The translations under genes and the position numbers were made by a program. From IMG/VR virus record IMGVR_UViG_3300031241_000001: 64,000 bases of DNA; one strand, written 5' to 3'. The DNA comes from an uncultured virus (IMG/VR IMGVR_UViG_3300031241_000001) (lineage: Duplodnaviria > Heunggongvirae > Uroviricota > Caudoviricetes). This document shows, one piece after another, positions 8,185 through 19,084 of the stretch. Within the stretch, counting starts at the first letter, position 1. The number at the start of each line of letters is the position of its first letter. A model generated the notes under the pieces. That model ran no database searches. It was not told the origin of the DNA and saw only the letters and a list, made by a program, of their open reading frames with translations.

Positions 8185-9597
8185 ATGGAGATTGCAGTCG
8201 TCGGTCGTCGACCGACTGATGATCGAGACGGTAAGTCTGTCGCTTCACCTGTTTCAACTCCTGCACATGCAGTGCTTGAAGACGCAGTAACGCTTGGGCG
8301 CCAGCGCAGCGCCGCGGCCAGGGGATCGAAGGTCGAAGGCCGCCGTGTGAAGGGGGCTGTGAAAGGAGTTGCTGTGAAGGGCTCTCCTCAAGTGAGCCCT
8401 TTCGTGGCCGAGAGTATTGCGCCCTCGGTACTGGTCCCCCCGGCACCGCTCCAACTTCAATCGCGGTCGTCGCTTGAGACTGCGAAGCCCCCCGCGGTTG
8501 CGGCGGCGACTGACCCGCGTGTCCAGCAGGCGGCAAGCTGCCTCGATCGCGTGTCGTCGAAAGGGGTGCTCTCGCCCGACGAGGTGAACGACCTGCACCA
8601 GTCGATCGAGGTGCTGGAGGTCGAGACTTGGCGCCTGGCGCTGGGTTCCGAGGAGTCATCGACCGCGACACGTCGTGTGATCGATCGGTACGTCGCCGCA
8701 CAGGCGTCTTCCAGTCATCCGTCTCCGCACATCATCGCGCTGCGCTCGATCTTGGCAGCCCACGACGGCCACGGGATGACCTGCGCCTCCTTACGCGCGG
8801 CCGACCTGGACCTCGAGCTGATGATGCTGGTGGTCGTCGAGCTTGAGAGGCTGCGTCAGGTTGTCGAGCCCCTGCGCCGAGCGCACGACGCCGCGCAGCG
8901 GCTGCGCGCACGGTTCGTCGCCGCGAACATGGGCCTCGTCCACAGCATCGCCCGCAAGTACGCCTGGTCAGCCACGCCGTTCGCGGACCTCATACAGGAC
9001 GGCACGCTCGGGCTCATGCACGCGATTCCGCGCTTCGACCGTGCGAAGGGCTTCCGTTTCTCGACGTACGCGTTGAATTGGATCCGTCAGGGGATCGTGC
9101 GGCAACTCCACGATTGTGGAGAGAACGTGCGTATCCCCGTCCACGCGCACGAGAGCTTGTACAAGATCAACAAAGCTCGTTCGCATCTTCGCGCGCAGCA
9201 CGGGCACGATCCATCGGACGCCGAACTCAGTGCAGCGACGGGCATCAAGGTCGACGTGATCCAGAAGCTCGGCAAGGGGATCGTCGGGGAAGCACGCATG
9301 TCGCCCGAGGTGACCGATCGCCTGTTCGGCAAGCTGCCCGACGCGGCAGAGTCCGCGGTGGATGTGTTAATCGCGGGCCAAGACCGTGCGGTCTTGCACG
9401 CCGCGATCGCCAAGCTGGCCCCACGCGAGCGCCTCGTGGTCGAGCGGCTGTACGGGTTTGTTGATGACGGCGAGGGGTGCACGCTCAGGGAGGTTGGCGA
9501 GGACGAGGGTGTGTCACGCGAGCGCATTCGACAGATCCAGGCGGCGGCGATCGCGAAACTGCGCAAGTTCCTGCTAGCGTCGGGAGCACGCGGATGA
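8185..9597 (+). CDS. RpoD/sigma70-family RNA polymerase sigma factor (start codon uncertain)
   Basis: Region 2 ANMGLVHSIARKY..DLIQDGTLGL..FD..KGFRFSTYA.NWIRQ, region 3 VRIPVH, region 4 TLREVG...VSRERIRQI. Confidence 0.9.
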   Translation: MEIAVVGRRPTDDRDGKSVASPVSTPAHAVLEDAVTLGRQRSAAARGSKVEGRRVKGAVKGVAVKGSPQVSPFVAESIAPSVLVPPAPLQLQSRSSLETAKPPAVAAATDPRVQQAASCLDRVSSKGVLSPDEVNDLHQSIEVLEVETWRLALGSEESSTATRRVIDRYVAAQASSSHPSPHIIALRSILAAHDGHGMTCASLRAADLDLELMMLVVVELERLRQVVEPLRRAHDAAQRLRARFVAANMGLVHSIARKYAWSATPFADLIQDGTLGLMHAIPRFDRAKGFRFSTYALNWIRQGIVRQLHDCGENVRIPVHAHESLYKINKARSHLRAQHGHDPSDAELSAATGIKVDVIQKLGKGIVGEARMSPEVTDRLFGKLPDAAESAVDVLIAGQDRAVLHAAIAKLAPRERLVVERLYGFVDDGEGCTLREVGEDEGVSRERIRQIQAAAIAKLRKFLLASGARG

Positions 9598-10265
9598 GGT
9601 CCGTCGTCGTCACTGGCTACGTCGAGATCCCAGACCACCCTCGTGGTCGGGAGGAGTACGAGGGCCTCGGCGCGCGGCTCGCTGACCTGCGCGCCGCGCC
9701 GGTGAGCCTCGCCCGGTGCGCGCTCGACGAGTGCTGGCTGGACGTGCACGCCCGCGGCGTGGGCGTCCGGGCCGCCGACGGGGGCGACCCCGCGAAGAAC
9801 TCGCTCGCCTACCACAGCGTCCAGCACCAGAAGACGGCTTGGTTGGCGGAGGCCGCGGAGGCGTACCCGTGGGCGGAGGTCATGGTCTGGGTTGACTACG
9901 GGATCTTCCACCAGCCCGGCATCACCGTGGAGGTCCTCGACGCCTTCCTGCGCCGCGTCCGTCCCGATGAAGAGGTCGCGATCCCCGGCGCGTGGGAGCG
10001 CGCGGACGTCGCTGCCTCCGTCTCCGCCTCCGCAGAGTACCCGGACTGGCGCTTCCTGGGGTCGTCCCTCGTCGTCGCGCGCCAGCTCGCCGAGCCGTTC
10101 CACGACGCCGTCCGCGCGGTGACGCTCGCGCGGCTCTCCCGCGATCGCCTGGTGACGTGGGAGGTGAACGACTGGGCGGAGGTCGAGCGGCGGGGGACCG
10201 TGCCCATCCGGTGGTACCAGGCCGACCATGACCACACGCAGTTCACGAGCTACCCAGACGCATGA
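9594..10265 (+). CDS. HtrL/YibB-like putative glycosyltransferase
   Basis: VVTGY, VQHQKTAWL, VWVDYGIFH, WRFLG, WEVNDW motifs; ATGA overlap with the sigma gene. Confidence 0.5.
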   Translation: MRSVVVTGYVEIPDHPRGREEYEGLGARLADLRAAPVSLARCALDECWLDVHARGVGVRAADGGDPAKNSLAYHSVQHQKTAWLAEAAEAYPWAEVMVWVDYGIFHQPGITVEVLDAFLRRVRPDEEVAIPGAWERADVAASVSASAEYPDWRFLGSSLVVARQLAEPFHDAVRAVTLARLSRDRLVTWEVNDWAEVERRGTVPIRWYQADHDHTQFTSYPDA

Positions 10266-10912
10266 AGGTCGCGGTCTACACGGCGATCACTGCGGGCAGG
10301 GACTCCGTCAAGGATCCGCCGGTCCACGAGGGCGTCGACCGGATCTTGTTCACCGACCGACCGCGCGACCAGCTCGGGCCCACCGTCTGGGACGCGCGGC
10401 CGGCGTGCGCGCTCTTCACCGACCCGCGGCGGAACTCGCGGGCGCACAAGATCCTCGCGCATCAGTACCTCGACGAGTACGACTACTCGCTGTGGATCGA
10501 CGGATCGGTCTGGCTCCGCGCGTCGCCGCGCACGCTCGTCGCCGCGCACCTGCTCGACGCGGACGTGGCGATGTTCAGGCACCCGGCGCGCAGCTGCCTC
10601 TACGTGGAGGCGGCTGGTCTCGCGGGCGCGGGGTACGACGCCGCCGAGACGTTCGCCGACCAGGTCGCGAAGTACCGTCGAGTCGGTTACCCGGCCGACA
10701 ACGGCCTCAACGAGTGCGCGGTGATCCTCCGGCGGCACAACGCGCGTACGGCCGCGTTCAACGACGCCTGGTGGTCGGAGTATTGCCGGCACTCCTGCCG
10801 CGACCAGGTGAGCGTGAACTACGTCGCTCGATCGACCGGCGTTCGCCTGGCGCTCTTGCCGGGCACCGTCCAGGACAACCCGGGGATCGTCTACTACGAG
10901 GGGCACCTGTGA
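10262..10912 (+). CDS. DUF616 (TOD1/MUCI70-like) putative glycosyltransferase
   Basis: VYTAI..G.D, LFTD, KILAH.YL..YDYSLWIDG, HP.R.CLY.EA, RDQVS motifs. Confidence 0.75.
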   Translation: MKVAVYTAITAGRDSVKDPPVHEGVDRILFTDRPRDQLGPTVWDARPACALFTDPRRNSRAHKILAHQYLDEYDYSLWIDGSVWLRASPRTLVAAHLLDADVAMFRHPARSCLYVEAAGLAGAGYDAAETFADQVAKYRRVGYPADNGLNECAVILRRHNARTAAFNDAWWSEYCRHSCRDQVSVNYVARSTGVRLALLPGTVQDNPGIVYYEGHL

Positions 10913-11172
10913 TCAAACCGTGGCGCTGGATCGATCGGACGGGCGGCTTCTCGATCCGTGGTGGCCGGTGGGAGCTGGTCGACGGGCGCGGACGCGATCG
11001 GGCAACGATCTGGGAGAATGCGGCCGACCGCTTCACGTGGCACACGTGGGACGAGCAGGGTACCGGTGGCGAGAACGACGTGGCCGTGTCGCTCGACGAC
11101 GCCAAGCGCCACTGCGTCGCGGCGATCGTGCTCCAGGGCTGGGCGCCGGGTGGCTGGGAGGTGAGGTGGTGA
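10909..11172 (+). CDS. Trp-rich hypothetical protein
   Basis: GTGA overlap with the DUF616 gene. Confidence 0.5.
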   Translation: MIKPWRWIDRTGGFSIRGGRWELVDGRGRDRATIWENAADRFTWHTWDEQGTGGENDVAVSLDDAKRHCVAAIVLQGWAPGGWEVRW

Positions 11173-11232
11173 CGTGGTGAAGGGCCTAGAAACGGCGTGC
11201 CCCCGTCGTGGCACGCGCTACGGTACGCACTC

Positions 11233-11379
11233 GTGACGCAGCTCGCGGTCATCACCGACGTCCACGCGGACGCGCACGCCCTGCGCGAAGCGTTCGCTAT
11301 TGTCGACGTCATGCTGCGCGAGGTGCCCGTGCGTCGTGCGAAGGTCGTCCCGCTGCGCAGCCGCGCGCGCTCCGCCTAA
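11233..11379 (+). pseudogene. N-terminal fragment resembling a metallophosphoesterase
   Basis: LAVITDVHADAHAL matches the first DxH motif, but the ORF stops after 48 aa. Confidence 0.35.
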
Positions 11380-12153
11380 TTGACTGTCAGACCCGCCGTG
11401 ATCCGGGCGTCTCACGGGCATGCAGGCCAGAGAATTCATCATCGCGCTCGTGCACGTCGACATGGAGCACGGTTACGCAGGAGACCTCATCGAGGGCGTG
11501 GGAGCGCGTGGCTCCGTCGTCACGCGCTGTGCTGGAGCGCGGCGCTTCAAGTCGCTCAAGCGGGCGCTCGACGCGGCGCAGGGCTGGACCTGGTACGCGG
11601 ACATCGTCCGGGTCATGGCCGTTGAAGGTTGAAGCGCACGGGAAGCGCGGATCTTTCTTCTTTCTTGACCGTCAAACCCCCTCACGCGAAACTGAGGTCG
11701 TGCCACGAGTCTCGAATTTTGTGCGGGAATTCAAGGGCATGCGGGGATTCAAGGACGGCTGGTACTACAGGTTGACTGAGGGATATCCCTGGATCGGACC
11801 CTTCGTGACAGAGCGCATTGCGGGTCACGCGAGAGCGCATGTGACCAGTAACGTCAGAGACGTCTGGTCTGAACCACCGCAGTGGCTCAAGATCTCCACG
11901 TCCGTCGCCCTTGGTCGTCTCTCCCTGATACCGCCCCGCGGCGCCCCCGCATTTAAGATCCCTGCGACGAGCCTGCACACGGTCCCGGTCCCGGCATCAG
12001 CGCCACTTCAATCAAACGGCTACCAAGCGCGACCACGACACGCATTGTCCGCCCGTCAAGAAGCCCCCGTAGGGCGCGATAAGAGCGCTGCTCCAGAAGC
12101 GGTCATGGTCCCGCGTCGGCGCGGTTCACGAACAGTCTGATGCGGGTCTAGCT

Positions 12154-12178
12154 GTTGCCCGTTTATCGAAAGGGCAAC
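12154..12178. terminator. Hairpin at the convergence of + and - gene blocks
   Basis: GTTGCCC-N11-GGGCAAC; no U-tract. Confidence 0.3.
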
Positions 12179-12200
12179 GTCGTGCGCTCAGCGCTCAGCC

Positions 12201-12716
12201 TCAGCCTTCCTTCGTGTACTTCGTCCCGCGCGGCATGCGGTCCACGGGGGGTAGACCGTCGTGGCCCCGCGTCGAGTTGTAGTCCCACAGAGCGTCACGT
12301 CGAGCGTTGGGCAGGGGGCCGCGCACTCGCGTCGTGTAGCTGCCCACCTCCGCTGTCGGAGGGACCGTGACGACGTAGAGCTTCTTCATGGTCGCGTGCG
12401 CACGGGGGTTCTCCGCGCCACCAGCGTGCGCGGTGATCTTCGCGCGGGCGCGCGCACGGGAGGGAAACGTGCCGAGATCGACCTCGTTGCTCGGTCCCCA
12501 GGACTTGTAGTCGACGCGGTGCCCGGTCGGCACCGTGACGATCCAGTAGGCGCCGTCCTTCGTCCGCACGTCCGCCGTGCCGAGGGCGTGGCTGCCGACG
12601 ACGGGGCCCCACACGCTCCGAGGTGTCGAACGTTTGGTCGCGTGGCTCGTGGGCTTTCCCGCGAGAGCTTCGTTGATCTCGCGTTGGAGCTGGGCGTGCG
12701 TCTTCTTGGCCGTCAT
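12201..12716 (-). CDS. Hypothetical protein with N-terminal QLxxEIxxAL tag
   Basis: MTAKKTHAQLQREINEALAG. Confidence 0.75.
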   Translation of the reverse strand: MTAKKTHAQLQREINEALAGKPTSHATKRSTPRSVWGPVVGSHALGTADVRTKDGAYWIVTVPTGHRVDYKSWGPSNEVDLGTFPSRARARAKITAHAGGAENPRAHATMKKLYVVTVPPTAEVGSYTTRVRGPLPNARRDALWDYNSTRGHDGLPPVDRMPRGTKYTKEG

Positions 12717-12768
12717 TGGTTATCCCGTCGAGTCTATCGAAGGCGGTAACAAAGCGCACATTTTTTGC

Positions 12769-13116
12769 TCACGAAGCGACCCGCGCCTTCGCCGCGCGTT
12801 CGGCGTCGGCGTCACGGGGCGCGGGCGCGATCGAAGCGTCAGCCTCCGTGAGGTGCGCGTGCGCCGGGCAGAAGTCGCGTCCTCCCCGGTCCTCGCAGCG
12901 CCAGCCGTCCTTGTTCTCCGCGATGCACCGGATCAGGACGGCGTCGCGGTGTAGCGAGAAGGCCGTCTCGCAGCGACGGTCGAACAGCATCGTGCCGCCA
13001 CAGAGCCGGCAGGCGACGCCGGTCACCGCAGAGGAGGTCGCGACCTCCGCCTGGCAGTCCGTGCAGTGCAGGAGCGCCGCGTCGCACGAGATCGTTGTCA
13101 CCACCACGACGCTCAC
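12769..13116 (-). CDS. Small Zn-finger protein
   Basis: CTDC, CRLC, C..C..CPAH. Confidence 0.5.
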   Translation of the reverse strand: MSVVVVTTISCDAALLHCTDCQAEVATSSAVTGVACRLCGGTMLFDRRCETAFSLHRDAVLIRCIAENKDGWRCEDRGGRDFCPAHAHLTEADASIAPAPRDADAERAAKARVAS

Positions 13117-13153
13117 CCTACCGAGGCTCCGATCCTGATCGCAAGGTCCAAGA

Positions 13154-13798
13154 TCACGCGCGGACCTCGACGCGCATGTGCACCATCGTCACGCCGTCGA
13201 GCAGGGCTGCGGGCACGTCGAGCCGCACGCCGAGGGCTTTTGCCGCGAGCACGAACACCAGTGGGATCGGGCCGCCGGTCAGCGAGCCGAAGGCTTGGGC
13301 GCCCGCGAGCGCGGTCGCGTGCTCGATCTTCCGCAGGTCGACCAGCGCGATCGGCTTGGGCTCCGCGCCCGGGCCGAGCTCGCAGTTCTCTGGGGGTGAG
13401 ACCACCATGTGGTAGCGGCAGACCGTGGGGCGGACCGCGTAGACCTCGCAGCGTCGGTCCGGTGTCAGGAACATGCACGGGAGCTGGCGCTGGAAGAAGG
13501 CCACGCGCTCGCGCTCGTCGAGGACGTTGACGCCGGCGAACGCGGTGAGCTGCTTGACCAGCTCGCGCTCGAGCGCGGGGCGCCGCTGCTCCCAATCGCA
13601 GCGACTCGTGAGGTACTCGACGACCGGGACCATCTCCGGGATGGTCGCGGTCGCGGGCAGCGTGCAGCAGTGGGCGCAGCCCTCCTTGCAGGTCACGCCC
13701 ATCGTGGCCACGGCCTCTGCGACGAGCGGCGCGTGCTCGCGGTAGAGCTGGAGCACCACCTTGCTGGCACGCTTCGCGCGGCGACCCTCTTGGCTCAC
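13154..13798 (-). CDS. YkgJ-family Fe-S/Zn cysteine-cluster protein
   Basis: CKEGCAHCC ... CMFL ... CEVYAVRPTVCR. Confidence 0.8.
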   Translation of the reverse strand: MSQEGRRAKRASKVVLQLYREHAPLVAEAVATMGVTCKEGCAHCCTLPATATIPEMVPVVEYLTSRCDWEQRRPALERELVKQLTAFAGVNVLDERERVAFFQRQLPCMFLTPDRRCEVYAVRPTVCRYHMVVSPPENCELGPGAEPKPIALVDLRKIEHATALAGAQAFGSLTGGPIPLVFVLAAKALGVRLDVPAALLDGVTMVHMRVEVRA

Positions 13799-14982
13799 GG
13801 GCGGCCCTCGGCGTCCCAGCGCTTCATCGCGGCGCGTTCGGTGGGACGATGGGCGGCGAAGGTCTCGGCGGAGATCGCGCGCCGCGTCGCCTCCTCGATC
13901 GCTTGCTCTCGAGGCAGTCCGGCGCCGCTGGCGCGCCGCCACTCGCGCGAGCCGTCGTCGTAGAAGCGCAGCTGGTAGACGTAGAAACTGCGGCAGTCGT
14001 CGCTCTGCGGGCAGCCCGGGAGCCCGCAGCGAGCGGTGCAATGGGGGATGCGCAGCACGCGCACGCCGGATCGGAACTGCACGACCAGGCACCCTTCCAT
14101 CCAGTAGTCCGGTCTCGTCACGAGCCACGAGCGTCTCGGTGGCCGTGCCGACCGCGTCGGGGTGAGTGGTAGTCGCGGAGCCGGCGGCAGGCAGCCGACG
14201 CAGAAGCAGTGCGCCCACACTCGGGAGTCCGCGCGCGGGCCGATGACGGGCACACCGCAGCGCTCGCACGCGCCGCGCGGCGTGCTTTGACGTGGAGAGG
14301 ACATCAGGACCCTTGGCAATGCTCGTGCTCGTAGTACGGGTTCGACACGTACGGCCTGTGGGACTTGCTGGGAGCGCGAGCGCTCGCCACGAGCTGGGCT
14401 CCGAGGATCCCCAGGGTTCCGAAGCCGATAAGGATGCCGAACATCTCGACGAGCACGTCGGGCTTCTTCGCGGAGTGCCCTTGCGGGTCCTCCACGACCT
14501 GACCGGCCTGAGTGGCGCCGTAGTACCCGCGTGCGTTCATTTTTTCATACTAGCGTTGGGTCGAGAGGATGTGTCGAAGTTTCATCGACGGAAACTGCAC
14601 GACCAAGTCCCCTTCCATTCAGTAGTTCGGTTTCGTGGTCACGTCGGCGCCTTCGCTCCGCGCGGCTTCTTCTGGCCGCGGGCCACCTCGTGGGCCGCGA
14701 GGCGGGCGATCGTTTCGCTCGTGTTGTCGCCGATCCGGCACACGTAACACGTTGGAGGCGGTGGTCGCGGCGACCCGTCCCCACCGTCGACGCCCCAACC
14801 CGCCGTCGCCGGTCCGCCGCAGCTCGTGCAGACGGAGTCGTGCGATCGGAGCAGCCACCCGTTGCCGTGGCCGACGACGGGGACGACGTCGCGACTGGAG
14901 TCATCGAAGCCGAAGCACCACGGGCAGCGGTTGGACGGACAGCGCGTGAAGTAGCCGTGGGGGCACTTCTCCGCTGAGAGGC

Positions 14983-16101
14983 TCACCTCCGGGACCTCTT
15001 CTTACGCGGTCGATCGTCGCCGAGCGCCACGAACTCGCGCAGGAGATCCTCCTGCTTGGGGGACAGCTTCCGCGGCACTTCGACGATGAAGCGGACCACG
15101 TGGTCACCACGCTCTCCTCCGCCGACGCTCGGGATGCCCTGGCCGCGACGATGCAACTCGTCGCCCGGCTGCGTGCCGGGACGCAACTCCAGGATCGCGG
15201 TCCCCGTGCAGTCGTCGTCGAGCGTGTCGACCTCGACCTCGCCGCCGAGCGCTGCTTGGGCGAAGCTGATCGTCACCTCGCTGGTGACGTCGCTGCCGTC
15301 GCGCGTGAAGCGCTCGTCTTCTTGGACGTGGAGGACGACGTGGAGGTCGCCGGAGGCGCCGCCGGGCACGCTCTCGCCCCTGCCGGAGACGCGGAGCGTT
15401 TGGCCGTCGTCGACGCCGGCTGGGACCGTCAAGGACAGCGTGGACTTCTCGGTCCGCGTGCCTCGCCCGCGGCAGTCCGGGCACGGGTCCTTGATCGTCT
15501 TCCCCGCGCCCTGGCAGTGCGGACACGTCGTCTGCACCATGAAGAAGCCTTGTGCGTGAGTGACCTGACCCTTGCCCTGGCACGCACGGCAAGGCTCGGG
15601 TTGCGCTGCGCCGCGCACGCCGGTCGCGCGACACGCCGCGCACCCCGCGGCGCGCGTGACCTCGACGTCCTTGCGCACGCCCCACACGGCCTCGCGGAAG
15701 GTGAGCCTCAGGTCGAGGCGCAGGTCGGCACCGCGCGTCGGTCGGCGCGAGTTGCGACCAAAGAAGTCGCCGAACAAGTCGCCGAACGCCGAGAAGATGT
15801 CGTCGACGTTGTTGAAGCCGCCGCTGAACCCCGCCCCTGGTCCGTCGCCGGGGGCAGCGCCGCCGCGGCGGATCCCGTCGAAGCCGTGGCGGTCGTACGC
15901 AGCACGCTTGTCGGTGTCGGACAGGACCTGGTAGGCGTTCGCGGCCTCCTTGAACTTCTCCTCGGCGGTCTTGTCTCCCGGGCACTTGTCGGGGTGGTAC
16001 AGCTGCGCGAGGCGGCGGTAGGCTTTCTTGAGGTCGGCTGGCGTCGCCGCGCGCGGGACGCCGAGCACCTCGTAGAGGTCGCGAGGCGCAGACGTGCTCA
16101 C
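14983..16101 (-). CDS. dnaJ: Chaperone DnaJ (class A)
   Basis: J-domain with HPD, G/F-rich region, CxxCxGxG repeats, C-terminal domain; GTG start overlaps upstream stop. Confidence 0.93.
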   Translation of the reverse strand: MSTSAPRDLYEVLGVPRAATPADLKKAYRRLAQLYHPDKCPGDKTAEEKFKEAANAYQVLSDTDKRAAYDRHGFDGIRRGGAAPGDGPGAGFSGGFNNVDDIFSAFGDLFGDFFGRNSRRPTRGADLRLDLRLTFREAVWGVRKDVEVTRAAGCAACRATGVRGAAQPEPCRACQGKGQVTHAQGFFMVQTTCPHCQGAGKTIKDPCPDCRGRGTRTEKSTLSLTVPAGVDDGQTLRVSGRGESVPGGASGDLHVVLHVQEDERFTRDGSDVTSEVTISFAQAALGGEVEVDTLDDDCTGTAILELRPGTQPGDELHRRGQGIPSVGGGERGDHVVRFIVEVPRKLSPKQEDLLREFVALGDDRPRKKRSRR

Positions 16102-16636
16102 GCCGTGCCTCCGGGAGCCTGCGGCTGGCGGAGGACCGCTCCCGCCTCGAGCTTGGGGATCGCCAACTCGCACGAGCGCAGCTCGATGAGGAGGTTCTGC
16201 GGCACGACCTGCGCCTTGCTCAGGACCTCGTCGACGAGGCGGCGGGGTTCCACGACGGCGGTCCGGAGCTTCGCCAGCTCAGTGTCTCGCTCGGCGCTTC
16301 GCGGTGGTGTCGCGGCGGTGATGAGCATGCAGGTTTTGGCCCACGCGACCTCGTCGATCAGGCGATCGATCAGCTCGCGCGACGGGCGGTTTGGGGGGTC
16401 GGAGCAGGCGGGCATTTGCTGGGGAGTCTACTCGGTGGAGGGTGGGAACCTGACACAGATCCGCGCCTCACCGCCATCGTTTCGATCCTGGGCCTTGCCA
16501 TCACACCGAGTGCACGTTTGGAGGCGCCCTGCGCCCTGGCGCCTGGCGCCTCGGAGGTCAGCGGTCAGCGGGGTGCCGCGTGATCGCGTATAAGCGACCT
16601 TGAGCCGGCGCGGTGCTGGCCGACGAGGAGCAGGAG

Positions 16637-17950
16637 ATGCCGGAGCAGATCGAACAGCTCGACGCGACCCGAAGTGTCGCAGATCACCACGCTTGGTTCG
16701 TTGGAGAGCTGGACCGGCTCGCCAGCGCCGTCAAGCTGGACCCGACCCACGTACCGTCTGGGCTGCTCGAGATCATCGCGAACGCACGCGCGCACTCGGA
16801 GGCGCTCGTCGCGAACCCGCTGCACCGCGAGCCGATCGCGGTCGTCGGTGTTGACCCACGGACCGCGGGCATGATCGAGATGCACGCCGCGCTCGTCCAG
16901 TCGGCGCACGCCGAAGCGGCGCTCGCCGCGCCGAACAACGTCCCCCCGAAGCCCGACAGCTGGTTGCAGCGACTTCGTGACCGCATCTTCGGGCATGCCG
17001 AACCCAACGCTCAGCGCTACGGTGACTTCGACGTCCACTGGCTTGAAGCACTCGCCGAGCGCCTCACCGCGAAGAAGGCCGCCTTTTCGACGGCTCCTCC
17101 CGCCGACCTCGCGATCGGCGCGGGCAAGGTGCGGCTCGCGATCGTCGGTGACTGGGGAACCGGTCTGCCGGAGTCCGACCTGATCGGCACGCACATGCTC
17201 GCGACCGATCCCGACTACACGATCCACCTCGGCGACGTCTACTACGCCGGGACGGTCCCCGAGGAGGAGCGCTACGTCGAGTTGTGGCCAGGCGCGCCCG
17301 GCAAGTCACTGTCGCTCAACTCCAACCACGAGATGTACAGCGGGGGTCACGGCTACTTCGAGGCGACTCTCGGGAGCGCGAAGTTCGCGCTCCAGCAGCA
17401 CGCGAGTTACTTCGTGATGCGCCACGAGCACTTCCTGATCATCGGGCTCGACTCGGCGTACTACGCTGACGACTTCCTGTACCAGCAAGGCAACCTCGAC
17501 GACGTCCAGCTGCGGTTCGTCCGCGAGCTCGCCGCGGCAAACCCAACCCGCAACATCGTCATCCTGACGCACCACCACGGGCTCGACCTCGATAACGCGC
17601 CGACGCGGATGTGGAGCCAGGTGCTCGGCGCCGTCGGCCGGCCGTTCCTGTGGGTGTGGGGACACATCCACGCCGGCGTGGCGCACGAACCGCGGCCGTT
17701 CCCGTTCCCGGTGTTCGCACGCTGCGTCGGCCACGGAGGTGTGCCGCATTCGCCGTTCACTGCGGCCGAGGCGGCGACGTATGCTTGGGCGGAAACGCGC
17801 CTCGCCGATGATCGCGACGAGGCGAAGCGCGCGCTCAACGGGTTCTACACGCTCGAGATCGACGGCGCCACGCTGACCGAGCGGTTCATCGACGAGCGCG
17901 GTGACGAGACGTACTCGTCGGTGGTGTTCCGCGGACCGCCGACGCGCTGA
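16637..17950 (+). CDS. Calcineurin-like metallophosphoesterase
   Basis: GDWG, HLGDVYY, NSNHE, THH, WGHIH; GGAG RBS; isolated + strand gene inside the minus-strand run. Confidence 0.85.
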   Translation: MPEQIEQLDATRSVADHHAWFVGELDRLASAVKLDPTHVPSGLLEIIANARAHSEALVANPLHREPIAVVGVDPRTAGMIEMHAALVQSAHAEAALAAPNNVPPKPDSWLQRLRDRIFGHAEPNAQRYGDFDVHWLEALAERLTAKKAAFSTAPPADLAIGAGKVRLAIVGDWGTGLPESDLIGTHMLATDPDYTIHLGDVYYAGTVPEEERYVELWPGAPGKSLSLNSNHEMYSGGHGYFEATLGSAKFALQQHASYFVMRHEHFLIIGLDSAYYADDFLYQQGNLDDVQLRFVRELAAANPTRNIVILTHHHGLDLDNAPTRMWSQVLGAVGRPFLWVWGHIHAGVAHEPRPFPFPVFARCVGHGGVPHSPFTAAEAATYAWAETRLADDRDEAKRALNGFYTLEIDGATLTERFIDERGDETYSSVVFRGPPTR

Positions 17951-17958
17951 CGGGGGGC

Positions 17959-18306
17959 TCACCGCTTCGGTTCGTAGCAGCGCCCTCCGGCTCCGAGCGA
18001 CGACCCGAGTTGCCCGCGGCGCCGCATCGATTCGAGCACCGAGCGCGTCCAGGTGCGCTGCCGCTCCTTGGTGGCCCAGCGGAAGTCCTCTGGCATGTGC
18101 GCCTGGCGCAGGTAGTCGGCGACGAGACCGACCGTCACGCATGGTTCTTTGCCCCCGACGGTCGCGTGTCGTCTGTACGCGCCCTCGATGATCTCCGTCG
18201 CGCCGGCCTCGATTGCCGTGCGCACGGCGTCGGGGATCCGCTTTCGTGCAGCGTGCCTCGTGAGGGCTGCGGCAATCTCGGCGTCGAGTTGGGAAGTCTT
18301 GGTCAC
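17959..18306 (-). CDS. Tagged hypothetical protein
   Basis: Starts (V)TKTSQLDAEIAAAL; GTGA overlap. Confidence 0.7.
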   Translation of the reverse strand: MTKTSQLDAEIAAALTRHAARKRIPDAVRTAIEAGATEIIEGAYRRHATVGGKEPCVTVGLVADYLRQAHMPEDFRWATKERQRTWTRSVLESMRRRGQLGSSLGAGGRCYEPKR

Positions 18307-18752
18307 CGCTGCTTGCTCTTCGGTCGGACCCACAGGACGTCCACCTCCTCGACACCGTGGTCGGCGAGAACTGACAGCCGGTGGTTCCCGTCGATCACTC
18401 CACCGTGCTGGTCGATGACGATCGGCCAGGGTTCTTGGTGCTGGTAGACGATCAGCCCTTCGACTTGATCGTACCGCCTGAGGTTCTGGCGGACCTCCTT
18501 GGCGTCGCTGTCGGGATCCACCTCGTAGTCGAACCTCGACCCGGGGTCCAGGTCGTGGATCGGTACGCCGCGAACGAGGTCCCACGTGTACTTAGACGGG
18601 GATTTGAACTCGGGGAACTTGACGGCCTTCTTGATCAGGGCGCCGTAGGACTTTGGGTCGACGCGCTCTCTGTGGAGGGAGACCAGCCACTCCGGGGCGC
18701 TCAGGGCTTCGTCGATCTCGGCGTCGAGTTGCGAGGGCTTCTTGGGTGTCAT
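18303..18752 (-). CDS. Tagged ParB/Srx N-terminal-domain protein
   Basis: MTPKKPSQLDAEIDEAL; PIVID..GGVIDGNHRL. Confidence 0.75.
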   Translation of the reverse strand: MTPKKPSQLDAEIDEALSAPEWLVSLHRERVDPKSYGALIKKAVKFPEFKSPSKYTWDLVRGVPIHDLDPGSRFDYEVDPDSDAKEVRQNLRRYDQVEGLIVYQHQEPWPIVIDQHGGVIDGNHRLSVLADHGVEEVDVLWVRPKSKQR

Positions 18753-19084
18753 CGGTCTTCTGCTTCGGACGCGATCCATTCCTGCATGTCCGCCTTCACA
18801 GCGCTCTCCGCGCAACTCTGCCAGGCATCACGCCACGCTCTGTAAGCGGCTCTCAGCTCGAGACCGCTCTTGAGGATCCCGTCAACGTCGGCTTGAGAGA
18901 GCCACTGATCGTACTGGTCCTCGTCGTTACCCCACGCTTCGCGCACGATCTTCTTGGCAGCTCCGCTGCCTTGCGGTTTGCCGAGGCGTTCCCAAGCGTC
19001 GTTGTGGTCGCTCGTGTTGAATACGTTGGCGCAGTCCTGGTAGCCGGTTCGGGCGAAGTCCCCGTAGTTTAGTCTGTCCCGCAT
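18749..19084 (-). CDS. Hypothetical protein
   Basis: ORF coupled to neighbours. Confidence 0.6.
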   Translation of the reverse strand: MRDRLNYGDFARTGYQDCANVFNTSDHNDAWERLGKPQGSGAAKKIVREAWGNDEDQYDQWLSQADVDGILKSGLELRAAYRAWRDAWQSCAESAVKADMQEWIASEAEDR

